This document shows, one piece after another, positions 10,176 through 20,500 of a stretch of 64,000 nucleotides of DNA (position 1 is its first letter; every line of letters begins with the position of its first letter). Source of the DNA: Myxococcota bacterium. Its GTDB lineage: Bacteria > Myxococcota_A > Polyangia > Nannocystales > Nannocystaceae. The notes below the pieces were generated by a model. It was not told where the DNA came from, did not search any database, and worked only from the letters and a program-made list of their open reading frames with translations. The stretch covers positions 1 to 64,000 of the forward strand of contig JBCCHT010000023.1 of assembly GCA_039028615.1 (NCBI GenBank). The letters are read 5' to 3'. Both the position numbers and the translations under genes were made by a program.

Positions 10176-10676
10176 TCAGTACTCGTAGATCGGCGACCAC
10201 TCGGACTTCGGCTCCGCGACCGTGTCGCCGCCTTCTTTCCCGCAGACGGTACGACCGGTGACGCCTCCGTCGCGTCGGCAGAACGCGCGCTGATCACCAC
10301 AATTCGCGGTCCAGGTATCGATGGGGCCGTCGACGTGTTCGTCGGAGATCTCCACCGAGTCGGGCGCACAACCGAGGAGCGGCCCGCTCGCTTCACGTCG
10401 GTCCTTCGCATCGCGCCCCGGGCTGCACCCTTCGACATGCGGGTCCTTCGAGCAGCGATAGGCTTCTTCGGCACAGTGCGCGTCCCAGATCGTACCGTCG
10501 CCGTTGATGATGGGATCGGAGACCACCACCTGCTCCACCGGGCAATCAGTGAGGCGCGCGGTGATGGGGGGAAGCTCGCTCTTGGTGTAGTGAGCGTAGG
10601 CCGGGGCGCACCCTCCGAGCAGTAGGCCGAACCAACACGCGACGACTCCACGGGGGGCAACGGAGGCACTCACCAT
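10176..10676 (-). CDS. small Cys-rich lipoprotein with internal duplication
   Basis: Lipobox LLLGGC; two similar units LTDCPVEQVVVSD..W.AHC and LLGCAPDSVEISD..W.ANC. Confidence 0.65.
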   Translation of the reverse strand: MVSASVAPRGVVACWFGLLLGGCAPAYAHYTKSELPPITARLTDCPVEQVVVSDPIINGDGTIWDAHCAEEAYRCSKDPHVEGCSPGRDAKDRREASGPLLGCAPDSVEISDEHVDGPIDTWTANCGDQRAFCRRDGGVTGRTVCGKEGGDTVAEPKSEWSPIYEY

Positions 10677-10810
10677 CGCGCGGAGCGTAGCGCAGCCCGA
10701 GGCCCGATCCGAGGAACGGCCGACCAGCCTCGTCGCGAGCTGACCCGAAGGACCCACCGGCCCTCCCATTCATCGAGGCGAAGCGTCAAGAGTCGTCTAC
10801 CATCCCGCCG

Positions 10811-11437
10811 ATGCCCCGCGCCTCCCTTCGCTCGTTCGCGTTCGCCACGTTGCTCGCTCCCGTCGCATTGCCTTGCGCGTCGTCGTGTGCGACCGCCGAA
10901 GCGACTTCGCCGATGCTCAGCCGCGGGCCGGACCGCGACCTACGACTGTTGGTGATCATTCCCGCAGACGCCGTCCCCTCCAAGATCTCGGTCGACGACC
11001 AGACCGTGTGCGGAGGAGCGGTCGCTCCCTGTCCCGGCAGCAGCGTCCTCGACGGTCGCGCGGAGAACCGACTCACGGTGTTCGTCTCGCCGGGCCGACA
11101 CGTGTTCTCGGCCCAGTTCCCGCAGGCGGTCGGCGGCGCGCACATCGATGAAGAGCAGAGCTTTCCCTTCGAGGCGGCGCCCGATGTCTCGCCCCAGTGC
11201 CACGTTCGCCGCGGGTGCTCGGTGCAGGAGCCCAGCGCCGAAGCGCCCCCTGAGCAACCGACTGCATCGAGTGAAGCCGAGTGCCGCCTGAACAGCGACT
11301 GCGCGGTGGGGCTCCAGTGCTTGCTCGGCGCGTGCGTACCCCTCTGTCGTGAAGATCGGGACTGCGCCAAGGGGCAAGAGTGTGGGCCGGGAGCCGAAGG
11401 GTACGACGAGTGCCTGGACGTCGCCGCTCCCTCGTGA
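10811..11437 (+). CDS. secreted Cys-rich protein
   Basis: Signal-like N-terminus; C-terminal ECRLNSDC..C..C..CREDRDC repeats. Confidence 0.65.
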   Translation: MPRASLRSFAFATLLAPVALPCASSCATAEATSPMLSRGPDRDLRLLVIIPADAVPSKISVDDQTVCGGAVAPCPGSSVLDGRAENRLTVFVSPGRHVFSAQFPQAVGGAHIDEEQSFPFEAAPDVSPQCHVRRGCSVQEPSAEAPPEQPTASSEAECRLNSDCAVGLQCLLGACVPLCREDRDCAKGQECGPGAEGYDECLDVAAPS

Positions 11438-11474
11438 GCTCCCGGCCCGCCGCTTCATGACGGCGGCGACGCGC

Positions 11475-13583
11475 TCACATGCACGCGGCGGTTCCGTCGA
11501 ACGCCGAGTGGTTCGACAGGTCGGGCCACGTCTCGAGCAGGCCCGACTTGTACAGGCCAATGCTACCGTGCCCGACCCCGGGGACCATGCAGTGATCGAT
11601 TTGATCGCGCCCCCAGGAGTTCGGGAAGGTCGTGGTCCAGTTCTGGAAGACGTTGCCGTTGGAGGTGCCGATCTCCGTCTCGCCCACGACCATCAACGCG
11701 CCCACGCTGGTCACCGCCGTCTCCATCGCGTCGGTGCTGGGGCTGTAGCTCAGCGGGCCCCACGAAGAGTTGGGCAGGCTGAGGTCGCTCAGACCGTTGG
11801 GCCAGTCGGCGCCGCTGGTGCCGTGGACCATCTGGCCCGGCGTCTCGAGGATGACCTCCATCAAGCGATCGGGGTGCTGGGTGAAGTAGCGCAGGGCGAA
11901 CTGTCCGCCCGCGGAGTGGCCGAACAGGTGGAAGCGGCCGTCACCCACGCCCGCCTCGGCGTAGCGATCCACGATGGTCTCGACCCACTCGTCGGCGTTG
12001 ATGTTGGCCCCCAGCAGCGCCCGGAAGCCGCCCGCGTCGTCGGAGGGATCGAAGTCGTTGCCGAAGCTCCAGTCCTCGAACTGCGGCATGATGAGCACGA
12101 AGCCCAACTCGTCCGCCGCCGCCACGAAGCCGGTGTAGCTCATGTACAGGTGGGTATTGGCCAGGCCGCCGCCCCAGTCGTCGGTCTCGTCGGAGGTGAA
12201 GCGGTTCGTGCCCGGGACGACCACGAAGACCTCGGCCGTGCTGGGGTCGAGCCCCGCGGGGATGTATTGCAGCCAGCCTCCGTAGTCGTCGAACTTCTGC
12301 ACGACGTGGCCGGCCTCGACCTCGCCGAGATCGGGACGCACGCTGGAGCAGGTCCGAACCTCGCCGCCGTCATAGGCCAAGGTGTGGGTGATGCCCTCGG
12401 GGCAGCCGCCCCAGCCCTCGCCCGGGACGCCGATCCACAGGTCGTCGAGGCCTCCCGCTCCGCTCACGCGACCCAGCGCGCCGCCGAAGCGATCGTGGGA
12501 CTCGGGGGCCGACGACACGCCGCCATAGGTCTGGTCGAGCAAGACCTCGACGCCGCTGGTGATGGGCTCGAAGCCGGTGAACACCCCACCGCCGCCGCCG
12601 TAGCTGGGCGCCCGCACCAAGTGCACCACGCCCGAGTTCCAGCGCGTGGAGCCGTTGTAGTCCACGTCCTCATCGGGCACGCCGATGGCCAGGCTGTTGC
12701 ACCCGCGGATGCCCAAGTAGTTGGCCGTGGTGTAGCGGCCGATGCCCAGGCTGGAGCCGAAGCGATCGTAGGCCTCCGGCGACTCGTCCAAGGGGCCCGT
12801 GCCCTGGTAGAGGTACGAGCTCGAGGGGCCCTGGAGCAGGCCCGATGCCGAGCCGTACAGCACGTTGACCATGCCTGCGTCGACGGTGGAGCCGATGTTC
12901 TCGCGGGGCACACCGACGACCAGATCGTCGTAGCCGTCGCAGTTGACGTCGCCGGCAGCGATCACGTCGCCGAAGTAGTCGTAGGGCTCGGCCACGCTGC
13001 CCGTGACGCCCGCGGTGTCCTGGGTGAAGCGTGACGCGGCGCCGAAATTGGGCGGCGTGGACCCGTCACCGAGGTCCTCGCCGTTGATGACCACCACCGC
13101 ACCCGCGTTGGTGTCACCGCCCACGGTGGCGTGCGGGATGCCGAACGCGAGATCGTCGTGGCCGTTGCCATCGAAGTCGCCCACGGCCACGCTGGTGCCG
13201 AAATGCTGGCCGGGCACCTGGTTGACGCCCGAGAACAAGAACACCCCCTCGTCGCCGTCGAGCAGCATATAGCGGTCTTCGAGGTCGTCCTCGAAGCCGC
13301 TCTCGCTGTTGCTCCACGCGGCCGCGACCTCCGTGCGGGGCGAGCCCGTGCCGAAGTGGATGCCGACCAGACCGTCGGCATCGGAGTACATGGGGTAACC
13401 GAAGACGCTGTCGGGGTTGTTGTCGTCGTCGAAGTCACCGTGCGCGACGGTGCGCGCGTAGTCGGTCGGATACTGGCTGGCCCAAGGGTCGATTTCGGCC
13501 TGGGCGATCGTGGGGACCAGCAGCGCGGCGCCCGTGAGGGCCACGGCCGGAAGCGAGCATCGAAGAGGGGGCTTCATACGCAT
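11475..13583 (-). CDS. secreted FG-GAP (integrin-like) repeat protein fused to an alpha/beta-hydrolase
   Basis: FGTSVAVGDFDGNGHDDLAFG and FGDVIAAGDVNCDGYDDLVVG repeats; C-terminal GHSAGG nucleophile elbow and GVGH. Confidence 0.85.
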   Translation of the reverse strand: MRMKPPLRCSLPAVALTGAALLVPTIAQAEIDPWASQYPTDYARTVAHGDFDDDNNPDSVFGYPMYSDADGLVGIHFGTGSPRTEVAAAWSNSESGFEDDLEDRYMLLDGDEGVFLFSGVNQVPGQHFGTSVAVGDFDGNGHDDLAFGIPHATVGGDTNAGAVVVINGEDLGDGSTPPNFGAASRFTQDTAGVTGSVAEPYDYFGDVIAAGDVNCDGYDDLVVGVPRENIGSTVDAGMVNVLYGSASGLLQGPSSSYLYQGTGPLDESPEAYDRFGSSLGIGRYTTANYLGIRGCNSLAIGVPDEDVDYNGSTRWNSGVVHLVRAPSYGGGGGVFTGFEPITSGVEVLLDQTYGGVSSAPESHDRFGGALGRVSGAGGLDDLWIGVPGEGWGGCPEGITHTLAYDGGEVRTCSSVRPDLGEVEAGHVVQKFDDYGGWLQYIPAGLDPSTAEVFVVVPGTNRFTSDETDDWGGGLANTHLYMSYTGFVAAADELGFVLIMPQFEDWSFGNDFDPSDDAGGFRALLGANINADEWVETIVDRYAEAGVGDGRFHLFGHSAGGQFALRYFTQHPDRLMEVILETPGQMVHGTSGADWPNGLSDLSLPNSSWGPLSYSPSTDAMETAVTSVGALMVVGETEIGTSNGNVFQNWTTTFPNSWGRDQIDHCMVPGVGHGSIGLYKSGLLETWPDLSNHSAFDGTAACM

Positions 13584-13756
13584 GATTCGTGAGTCCGTTC
13601 GTCCCGCCGGGGTCGGCGGTCGACGGTCTCGTTCCCGCGCGACGGCGAGTGGATCACACCGACCGACGACAAAATGTGAGTCATGCAATTCGACGAAGTG
13701 GTGGCTGCGCGCTCTCGAACCTGAAATCCGTTTCTCGACGGCTACACTCCGCGACG

Positions 13757-14860
13757 ATGAAACGTTTGATCCGCCCCCTGCTATGCGCCGCACTCCTGCT
13801 GCCCTTCGCCACGAGTGCATGCATCGACGCCGAGGTGATCGAAGAGGGCGGCTCCGCGGACGAATTCGAGCCCGTATCGCGTGATTGGCCGGAGATCCAC
13901 CGGCCCCAGGCGCCCCGCCGCACCCGAACCTGGCAGACCGAAGACGGGCCCGTGACCTACGAGGTGGTCGACGGCGACGTGGTCATGGAGGGCGACATGA
14001 TCCTCGGGACAGAGGACGAGTTCGACGCCCTGCACCGCGCCGATGGCCTCACCTTCCGCGGGGTCGGCCGTGACAATCGGTTGTGGAGCATGCCGGTGAA
14101 GTATTCGTTCGCCAACAGCATCACGGGTGCCATGGAGACCGCGATCGAGGACGCGCTCGATCGGCTCGTGGACGAGAGCGACGCGCAGATCTCGTTTCAG
14201 GAGTGCTCGGGGCTCTGCGCCGGCTCGCACATCAAGTTTCGCTTCGAGTCTGGCGATGGCTGCTCGTCCAACGTGGGCCGAGTGCGGTGGCCGGGGATCA
14301 ACAAGGTGAACCTCGAGGAGGCCTGCGACGGCGTGAACGGAACCGCCGCCGGACAAAACCGCGAAGAGAGCGTGATCATGCACGAGGTCATGCACGCGCT
14401 GGGCGTGTACCACGAGCACTCCCGCTGCGATCGCGACACCTTCGTCACCATCAACTGGGGCAACATCGAGGACGATCGCGACCACAACTTCGAACGGCAC
14501 TGCAGCAACGCCACCGACTACGGGGTCTATGACTACGCGTCGGTGATGCACTATCCCGATACCGCGTTCAGCACCGGAGGCTTCACCATCACCGCGCCCA
14601 ATGCCGCCGACCAAGCGCTGATGGGTACGCGCAACGGCTTGAGTCAGGGCGATCGGTCGGTGCTGATCGGCCTTTATGGGTTCGACTGCGAGCCCACGCG
14701 CAACACCTGTCAGCCCTGGGAGTGCGGGTACATCCCCGTGGGCTGCGGCATCAGCCTCAACTGCGGGCCCTGCCAGCCGTGCGAGTCGGGCTACTGCGCC
14801 GACGGGAGCTGCTGCCCGAATAGCGGGGTGTGCTCCAACGGCATCCCCTGCGCGCTCTGA
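13757..14860 (+). CDS. astacin-family (M12A) metallopeptidase lipoprotein with Cys-rich tail
   Basis: EGDM prodomain motif; HEVMHALGVYHEHSRCDRD; Met-turn YDYASVMHY. Confidence 0.92.
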   Translation: MKRLIRPLLCAALLLPFATSACIDAEVIEEGGSADEFEPVSRDWPEIHRPQAPRRTRTWQTEDGPVTYEVVDGDVVMEGDMILGTEDEFDALHRADGLTFRGVGRDNRLWSMPVKYSFANSITGAMETAIEDALDRLVDESDAQISFQECSGLCAGSHIKFRFESGDGCSSNVGRVRWPGINKVNLEEACDGVNGTAAGQNREESVIMHEVMHALGVYHEHSRCDRDTFVTINWGNIEDDRDHNFERHCSNATDYGVYDYASVMHYPDTAFSTGGFTITAPNAADQALMGTRNGLSQGDRSVLIGLYGFDCEPTRNTCQPWECGYIPVGCGISLNCGPCQPCESGYCADGSCCPNSGVCSNGIPCAL

Positions 14861-14914
14861 AGTCGAGGCCAAGGGTTTCGAGGTGCGGCCTCGTGAGCCG
14901 CACCTCGCCCGGGC

Positions 14915-15847
14915 TCAGCGGACCCAGAGCTGAATCCAGGCGACCCAGCCCGGCCCGCCGAAGTTGGGAGCGTAGCGCCAGTAGACCTGGGCCCCAGGGC
15001 TCGACCGGTCTCCCGAAGCGATCGAAACCGAAAAGCAGTTGTTGTACCACCAGCCCGCGCTGTTGTTGTCGGCGCAGTTGGCCGCGTTGTCGTCGTTGTC
15101 ATTGTCCCAGGTCGAGAACGGGTGGCCGTCGTGGTGATCGACGAAGAAGCCACCGTCGTTCGACATCGGAGTGTTCTGCACGGAGAGCACGAAATTGGAC
15201 GACTCGTCGCCGACGGAGAAGTCGTCGTAGACATGGACCGTGACGTCGTTGCGCACCTGGAGCTGGAGGCCGCCTTCCGTCAGCGCGTGGAGACGACGGT
15301 TGCCGAGCCAGCCGATGTTCATCGCGGGCAGGTCCCCGAAGCCAGCCGCGTATTCTTCCCAATCGCGGTCGAACTGGATGAAGGTCGTGGTCTCGTCGTT
15401 GAGCGCCACGAGGGTCCAGCCCCCGCCTTCGGTGGTCATGTCGCACTGCACGTCGAAGGGCTCGAGACCCCCGAGGCCGTCGACATCGATCGTATAGATG
15501 CCGTCCTCGCTGCCGGGCTCGTCTCGGATCCACTCCGCGCAGCTGGCCGGGTACTCCATGGGCGGCGGCTCGCCCGTGCTCGAGTCCGAGCTACTCTCGT
15601 CGTCGGCCCCGTCGTCGCTCGAGGACTCGTCGGCTTCGCCCCCGGTCGTCGTGGAGCCGCCGGGTGCGGTGCCGCTGGTCGACGTGGCCGTCGGCTCGTC
15701 GCTCACGTCGGAGGTGGTCGTTTCGGCGTTGCCGGTCTCTTCTCCGGCGTCGGTCTCGGTCTCGGTCGCGACCGGCTCGGGCCCAAAACAGCCGCCAAGC
15801 AGCGATAGGGAGCAAATGAGGAGGGTATTGAGGCTTCGGGCGTTCAT
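14915..15847 (-). CDS. lipoprotein with fibrinogen C-terminal (FReD) domain
   Basis: Lipobox LLGGC; CDMTTEGGGWT, FDRDWEEYAAGFG, WLGN, FSTWDNDND, GWWYNNC. Confidence 0.88.
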   Translation of the reverse strand: MNARSLNTLLICSLSLLGGCFGPEPVATETETDAGEETGNAETTTSDVSDEPTATSTSGTAPGGSTTTGGEADESSSDDGADDESSSDSSTGEPPPMEYPASCAEWIRDEPGSEDGIYTIDVDGLGGLEPFDVQCDMTTEGGGWTLVALNDETTTFIQFDRDWEEYAAGFGDLPAMNIGWLGNRRLHALTEGGLQLQVRNDVTVHVYDDFSVGDESSNFVLSVQNTPMSNDGGFFVDHHDGHPFSTWDNDNDDNAANCADNNSAGWWYNNCFSVSIASGDRSSPGAQVYWRYAPNFGGPGWVAWIQLWVR

Positions 15848-15934
15848 CGGGGGTCCTTTGCGAGATGACTGGAGCGCACAGTCATGTCGCCAGGACGAAA
15901 AGTGATCGCGGCCTCGGGGGACTTTTTTCAAGGC

Positions 15935-16882
15935 CTACGCGCGAATGGCGGACGCCAGGGCTCGGCCATACGCGGCGGCATCGGAAGGTCGCCGGTCGGG
16001 CTCGCGAACCAACCCCTGCGCGATGGCGGCGGCGAGCGACTCGGTCGCATCGGGCCTCGTCGTCGTCACCGACTCGGGACGCGTGACCGCGCCAATGTTC
16101 CGCAGCAACGAGGTCACCTCGCGATCGGGAAACGCTCGGCGACCCGTGACCGCTTCGTAGGCCACCGCCGCCAGACCATAGACATCGACCGCGGGGGTCG
16201 CCCGCCGGGCACCGTGCTCGAGCACCTCGGGCGCGAGATAGGGCAGCGTGCCGAGCTGCTCTCGCGAGGCGGTCATCGCCGACGGGCCCTTGCACAAGCC
16301 GAAGTCGATGAGGATCGCCCGCTCGACGGCCTCGGGATCGCCCGCGATGAACACGTTGCTCGGCTTGACGTCGCGATGCACGATGCCCGCCCGATGCACG
16401 AAGGCGAGGGCATCGCCGAGCTGCTCGACCAGCGCCGCGATATGGGGCCACGGCAAGCCCCGCCCGGCTCGTAGACGGTCGGCCAGGGTTTCCCCCTCGA
16501 GCAGCTCCATCACGAGCAAGCGCGTGCCGTCGGCCAAGCGACCATGCCCCCGAGTGCGCACGATATTCGGGTGCCGCAGTCCGATCGCGACCTCGGCCTC
16601 TTGCTCGAAGCGAAGCGTCCAGCGCTCGTCCGCCGACGGCTCGGGCGCGACGCACTTGATCGCCGCCTCGGTGCCCTCGGCCTCGTGCACGGCCTCGAAC
16701 ACCACGCCGAATCCTCCGTGGCCCAGGGCGGTCTTGAGGCGCCAGGCCTCGTCCACGACGACCTCCGGCCCGAGTTCGGAGAAGGTCCGCGCCTCCACCG
16801 AGCGCTCGGGGCCACGCTCCACTTCGAGCTCTGCCCCGCGCAGGAACGCGAACGGGTCGGGCTCGGAGGGATCGCCGGTCAC
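15935..16882 (-). CDS. stand-alone cytoplasmic Ser/Thr protein kinase
   Basis: GHGGFG, AAIK, HRDVKPSN, DFG, GTLPYLAPE; no TM or sensor domain; start approximate (GTG 16882). Confidence 0.9.
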   Translation of the reverse strand: MTGDPSEPDPFAFLRGAELEVERGPERSVEARTFSELGPEVVVDEAWRLKTALGHGGFGVVFEAVHEAEGTEAAIKCVAPEPSADERWTLRFEQEAEVAIGLRHPNIVRTRGHGRLADGTRLLVMELLEGETLADRLRAGRGLPWPHIAALVEQLGDALAFVHRAGIVHRDVKPSNVFIAGDPEAVERAILIDFGLCKGPSAMTASREQLGTLPYLAPEVLEHGARRATPAVDVYGLAAVAYEAVTGRRAFPDREVTSLLRNIGAVTRPESVTTTRPDATESLAAAIAQGLVREPDRRPSDAAAYGRALASAIRA

Positions 16883-16936
16883 GCCCCAGTGTACCGGGCC
16901 GCGAGCCCCCGCCGCCCAATTGGTATCCTGCACGCG

Positions 16937-17572
16937 GTGGACGAGCGCGACGAAGCCGAGCTGCTCGAGGCCTGGCAAGACGGCGAAACCTCCGCGGGCG
17001 AAGTGCTCGTGCGACGCCATTGGTCGGACCTGCTGCGGTTTTTCCTCGCGGCCACGGGCGGCGATCGAGCGGCATCGGAGGACCTCGCGCAAGAGACCAT
17101 GCTGACCGTGCTGCGCCGTCGCGATGCGATCACCAGCTCGTTCCGCGCGTATTGCTATGGCGTGGCCCGGCTCAAGCGGCACGAGGCCTTTCGCGCCCGC
17201 ACCAAGGACGCCGACCACCAGCCCGCGGACGAGCATGGGGTCGTGCTCGCGGCCGATGAGGGCATCTCGGAAGAAGACCGGCAGCGCTGCAAGCTGGCGA
17301 TCTCCGTGCTGCGGCGGCTCGACCCCGACGACCAGCTACTGCTGGTGCTCAAGGACTATCTCGGGTTCACCCAGCCCGAGCTCGCGGAGACCTTCAAGAT
17401 CAAGCAGTCGCAGGTCTCCGGGCGGATCAACCGCGCTCGCCTGCGGTTCCGTCGCGAGTTCGAGGCGCTCGAGCAGACCCCCGAAGAGCGAGACCTGACG
17501 ATGCGCAGCCTCGGCTCTGCGCTCGCATCGATCGTGGCCCGCCTGCCGACCGACGTGGGCATCGCTCGATGA
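16937..17572 (+). CDS. ECF RNA polymerase sigma factor
   Basis: DEAELLEAW..SEDLAQETML..SFRAYCYGVAR..ELAETFKIKQSQVSGRINRAR; stop overlaps the next ATG (ATGA). Confidence 0.88.
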   Translation: MDERDEAELLEAWQDGETSAGEVLVRRHWSDLLRFFLAATGGDRAASEDLAQETMLTVLRRRDAITSSFRAYCYGVARLKRHEAFRARTKDADHQPADEHGVVLAADEGISEEDRQRCKLAISVLRRLDPDDQLLLVLKDYLGFTQPELAETFKIKQSQVSGRINRARLRFRREFEALEQTPEERDLTMRSLGSALASIVARLPTDVGIAR

Positions 17573-20500
17573 GCGGCGCCGACCTGCGACCGGGCGATCG
17601 GGTCGGTCGCCTGGTGGTTTTGCGCGAGGTCGGGCGCGGGGCGAGCGGGGTCGTGCTCGAAGCCTACGATCCGAGGCTCGACCGCAATGTCGCGCTCAAG
17701 CTGCTGCACGAGCGGCTGGACCCCGAACGCGAGGAACGGGCGCGGAAGCGGCTGGTGAAGGAAGCCCAGGCGATGGCGCAGCTGAGCCATCCCAACGTGG
17801 TCGCGGTGCACGACGTCACCACCGTGCGGCTCGGCGAGCAGACCCATGCCCTCGTGGAAATGGAGTACGTGCCCGGCTCGACGCTGGAGCAGTGGCTCGC
17901 CGAGCGGGGTGGCGCGGAGTGGCGGGAGATCCTCGACGTCCTCCTGCTGGCGGGAGAAGGCCTCGCCGCCGCGCATGCCACTGGCCTGGTGCATCGGGAC
18001 TTCAAGCCGGCCAACGTCCTCATGGACGAAGGGCAGCGACCCAAGGTGTCGGACTTCGGGCTCGTGCGTCGCGCCGACGAGGTCGACCGCTCGAGCGCCA
18101 CGCCCGTGAGCAGCCCGACCGCGCTCGACGTGCCGTTGACCGTGACCGGTACGCTGCTGGGCACACCCGCCTATATGGCCCCCGAGCTGTTTGATGGCCT
18201 CCCCGCCGATGCGAAGTCGGACCAGTTCGCCTACTGCGTGACGCTGTACGAGGCGCTCCACGGAGTGCGGCCGTTTACCGGGGAGACGCTAGCTCAGCTC
18301 GCCCACGCCACCCACGAGCACGACCTCGCTCGGCCGAGCCGCGGGCGACGGGTGCCGGGCTTCGTGCAGCGGGCCCTCGTTCGCGGGCTCCAGCCCGACC
18401 CCGCAAAGCGGCACGAGAGCATGGCGGCCCTGCTCGACGCCCTGCGAGCCGACCCCGGGAGAACCGTCCGTCGGCTGGGCGTCATCGCGGCGCTCGGAGC
18501 CGGCCTGACCGGAGCGGCGATGGGCGTGGCGCCCTACTTCGAGCCCGGCACCCTCGACCTCACCATGGAGTACTCCGGGCAGCGACCAGCGGGCGTGGTC
18601 GTGATGATCGACGAAGAGCGCCAGGAGCTCGTCGCTGATGCGGTCACGGTGGATCTGGCCCCCGGTTTCCATCGACTCTCCATCGAAGCGCCCGACTACG
18701 AGCCGGTCTCCAACCTCATCTTCGAGGTCGAGCGCGGCCAAACCTTGACCGTCAAACAACCGCTGCAGCACGAGCAGGGCACGGTCGAGCTGCGCACGTT
18801 CCCGCGGGGTGCGGGCGTGACCATCGGTGCCCGTGAGCTGGGCTCGACCCTCGATGGCCTGCAGGTGGATACGGGCGCGCACGCGCTCCGCGTCACGTTG
18901 CCCGGTCACCACGACGCCCGACTGGCGGTCGACGTCGCCGCGAAGCAAACCGTGGCCATGGCCGCGTACCTCGCCCGAGCCACCGTGTTCGAACACTTCG
19001 ATGCGGGGCTCTCGCTCGGCCGCGGGCGCTTGGGCGATGCCGACGGCGATGGCCACCCGGACCTGTGGTACCGCAACTACGCCTCGCTCAGTGCCATCTC
19101 TCCGACTTCGGGCGAACGACTGTGGACGCGCCGGGTATCCAAGGATCCGAACGCGGCGTTCTCGATCATGGTCGACCTCGACGGGGATGGAGTGCCCGAC
19201 CCGGTGCTGCTCGGCACGGACGACGGCGGGGCGATCCTGCGGGCGTTTTCCGGGGCGGTGCAAAGCGACGACAAGCCGCTGTGGACCTTCGTGCCCGCGA
19301 GCGATCGCCGAGAGGCCCCACTCGTGCCTCCGGTCCACCTCGAGACGGACCAAGGGTCGTTCATCGTAGCGACCACGCTGGGGACGGGCCAGGTCACGGT
19401 CATCGATGCCAAGTCCGGGGCTGAGCGAAGGACCGAGCCATTGGCCCCGCCGATCTTCGGCCTGGTCGCCAGTCGCGACGCCTCGCATCCCTGGATCGCC
19501 GTCGCTCATCGCGGTGGGGTGAGCCTGCTGGACGCCGACGGCACGAAGCGCTGGACCTACCCCATCAAAAAATTCGATGAGGGGCTCGCCGCGGGGCTCA
19601 ACAAGCGCAACCGGCTGGAGCACATCGGTCGCGAGAGGCGCGGTTCCTGGATGCTCGCCGCGCCGCTCGATGAACACCCGGGCGATGACGTGGTGCTGGT
19701 GGCCGCCACCGACCCGGGCGGTGGCCCGCTGCTGGGGCTTTCCAGCGAGACCAAGGCCGAAGTCCTCCGTGGACCTCGCCTGCATCCGTTTGGCCTCGAA
19801 AACGCGGGTGATCTCGACCACGACGGCACGCACGACTTCATCGTTCAGCGAAGCCCTCCCGACCTGGACACGGTGCACCCCGAACCTGGCCGAGGGGACC
19901 TGCCCCGAGCCGTCGTGAGCGGTCGCGACGGCCGACAGCTTCATCCGCTTCAGCCGGGGCAACGCGTGGGTCGCTGGCCGTGCGGAGGTGAACCTGCGAT
20001 CATCGAGTACGGCAATCGACCCTTCCGCGCCTGGCGGGTGGGTGACGAGCAGCCCATCGTGCCGCTGCCCGCCCTCGACGAGACGGTGGACATGATCTGC
20101 ACCGACTGGAACGGCGACGGTCGGGACGATGCGGTGATCTCCAGCGACCACCACGGGCTGCGTGCCTACGAGGTGGTCGACGGTGAAGTCGTCGAGCTGG
20201 GCGGCATCACGTTCGGGCGCCGCATCGATGATGTGGTGCCGCTCGGAGACGTCGACGGTGATGCGATGCCCGATCTGCTCTTGGCCGCGAAGGGCCCGGT
20301 CGTCACCCGGGGCTCACGGGTTCGTTGGGGGCGCGCCTATGGGTCGAGAATCCGGGCCCAGCCGCTGGTCGTCGATCTCGATGGCGACGGCGCTAGCGAA
20401 GTCGCCGCCTTCACGGGCGAGGACTCGGACGACCATCTTCAGATACTCGCGGCCGAAGACGGACGCCGGCTGAAAGCGTTCCCCGAGAGCGGACCGGGTA

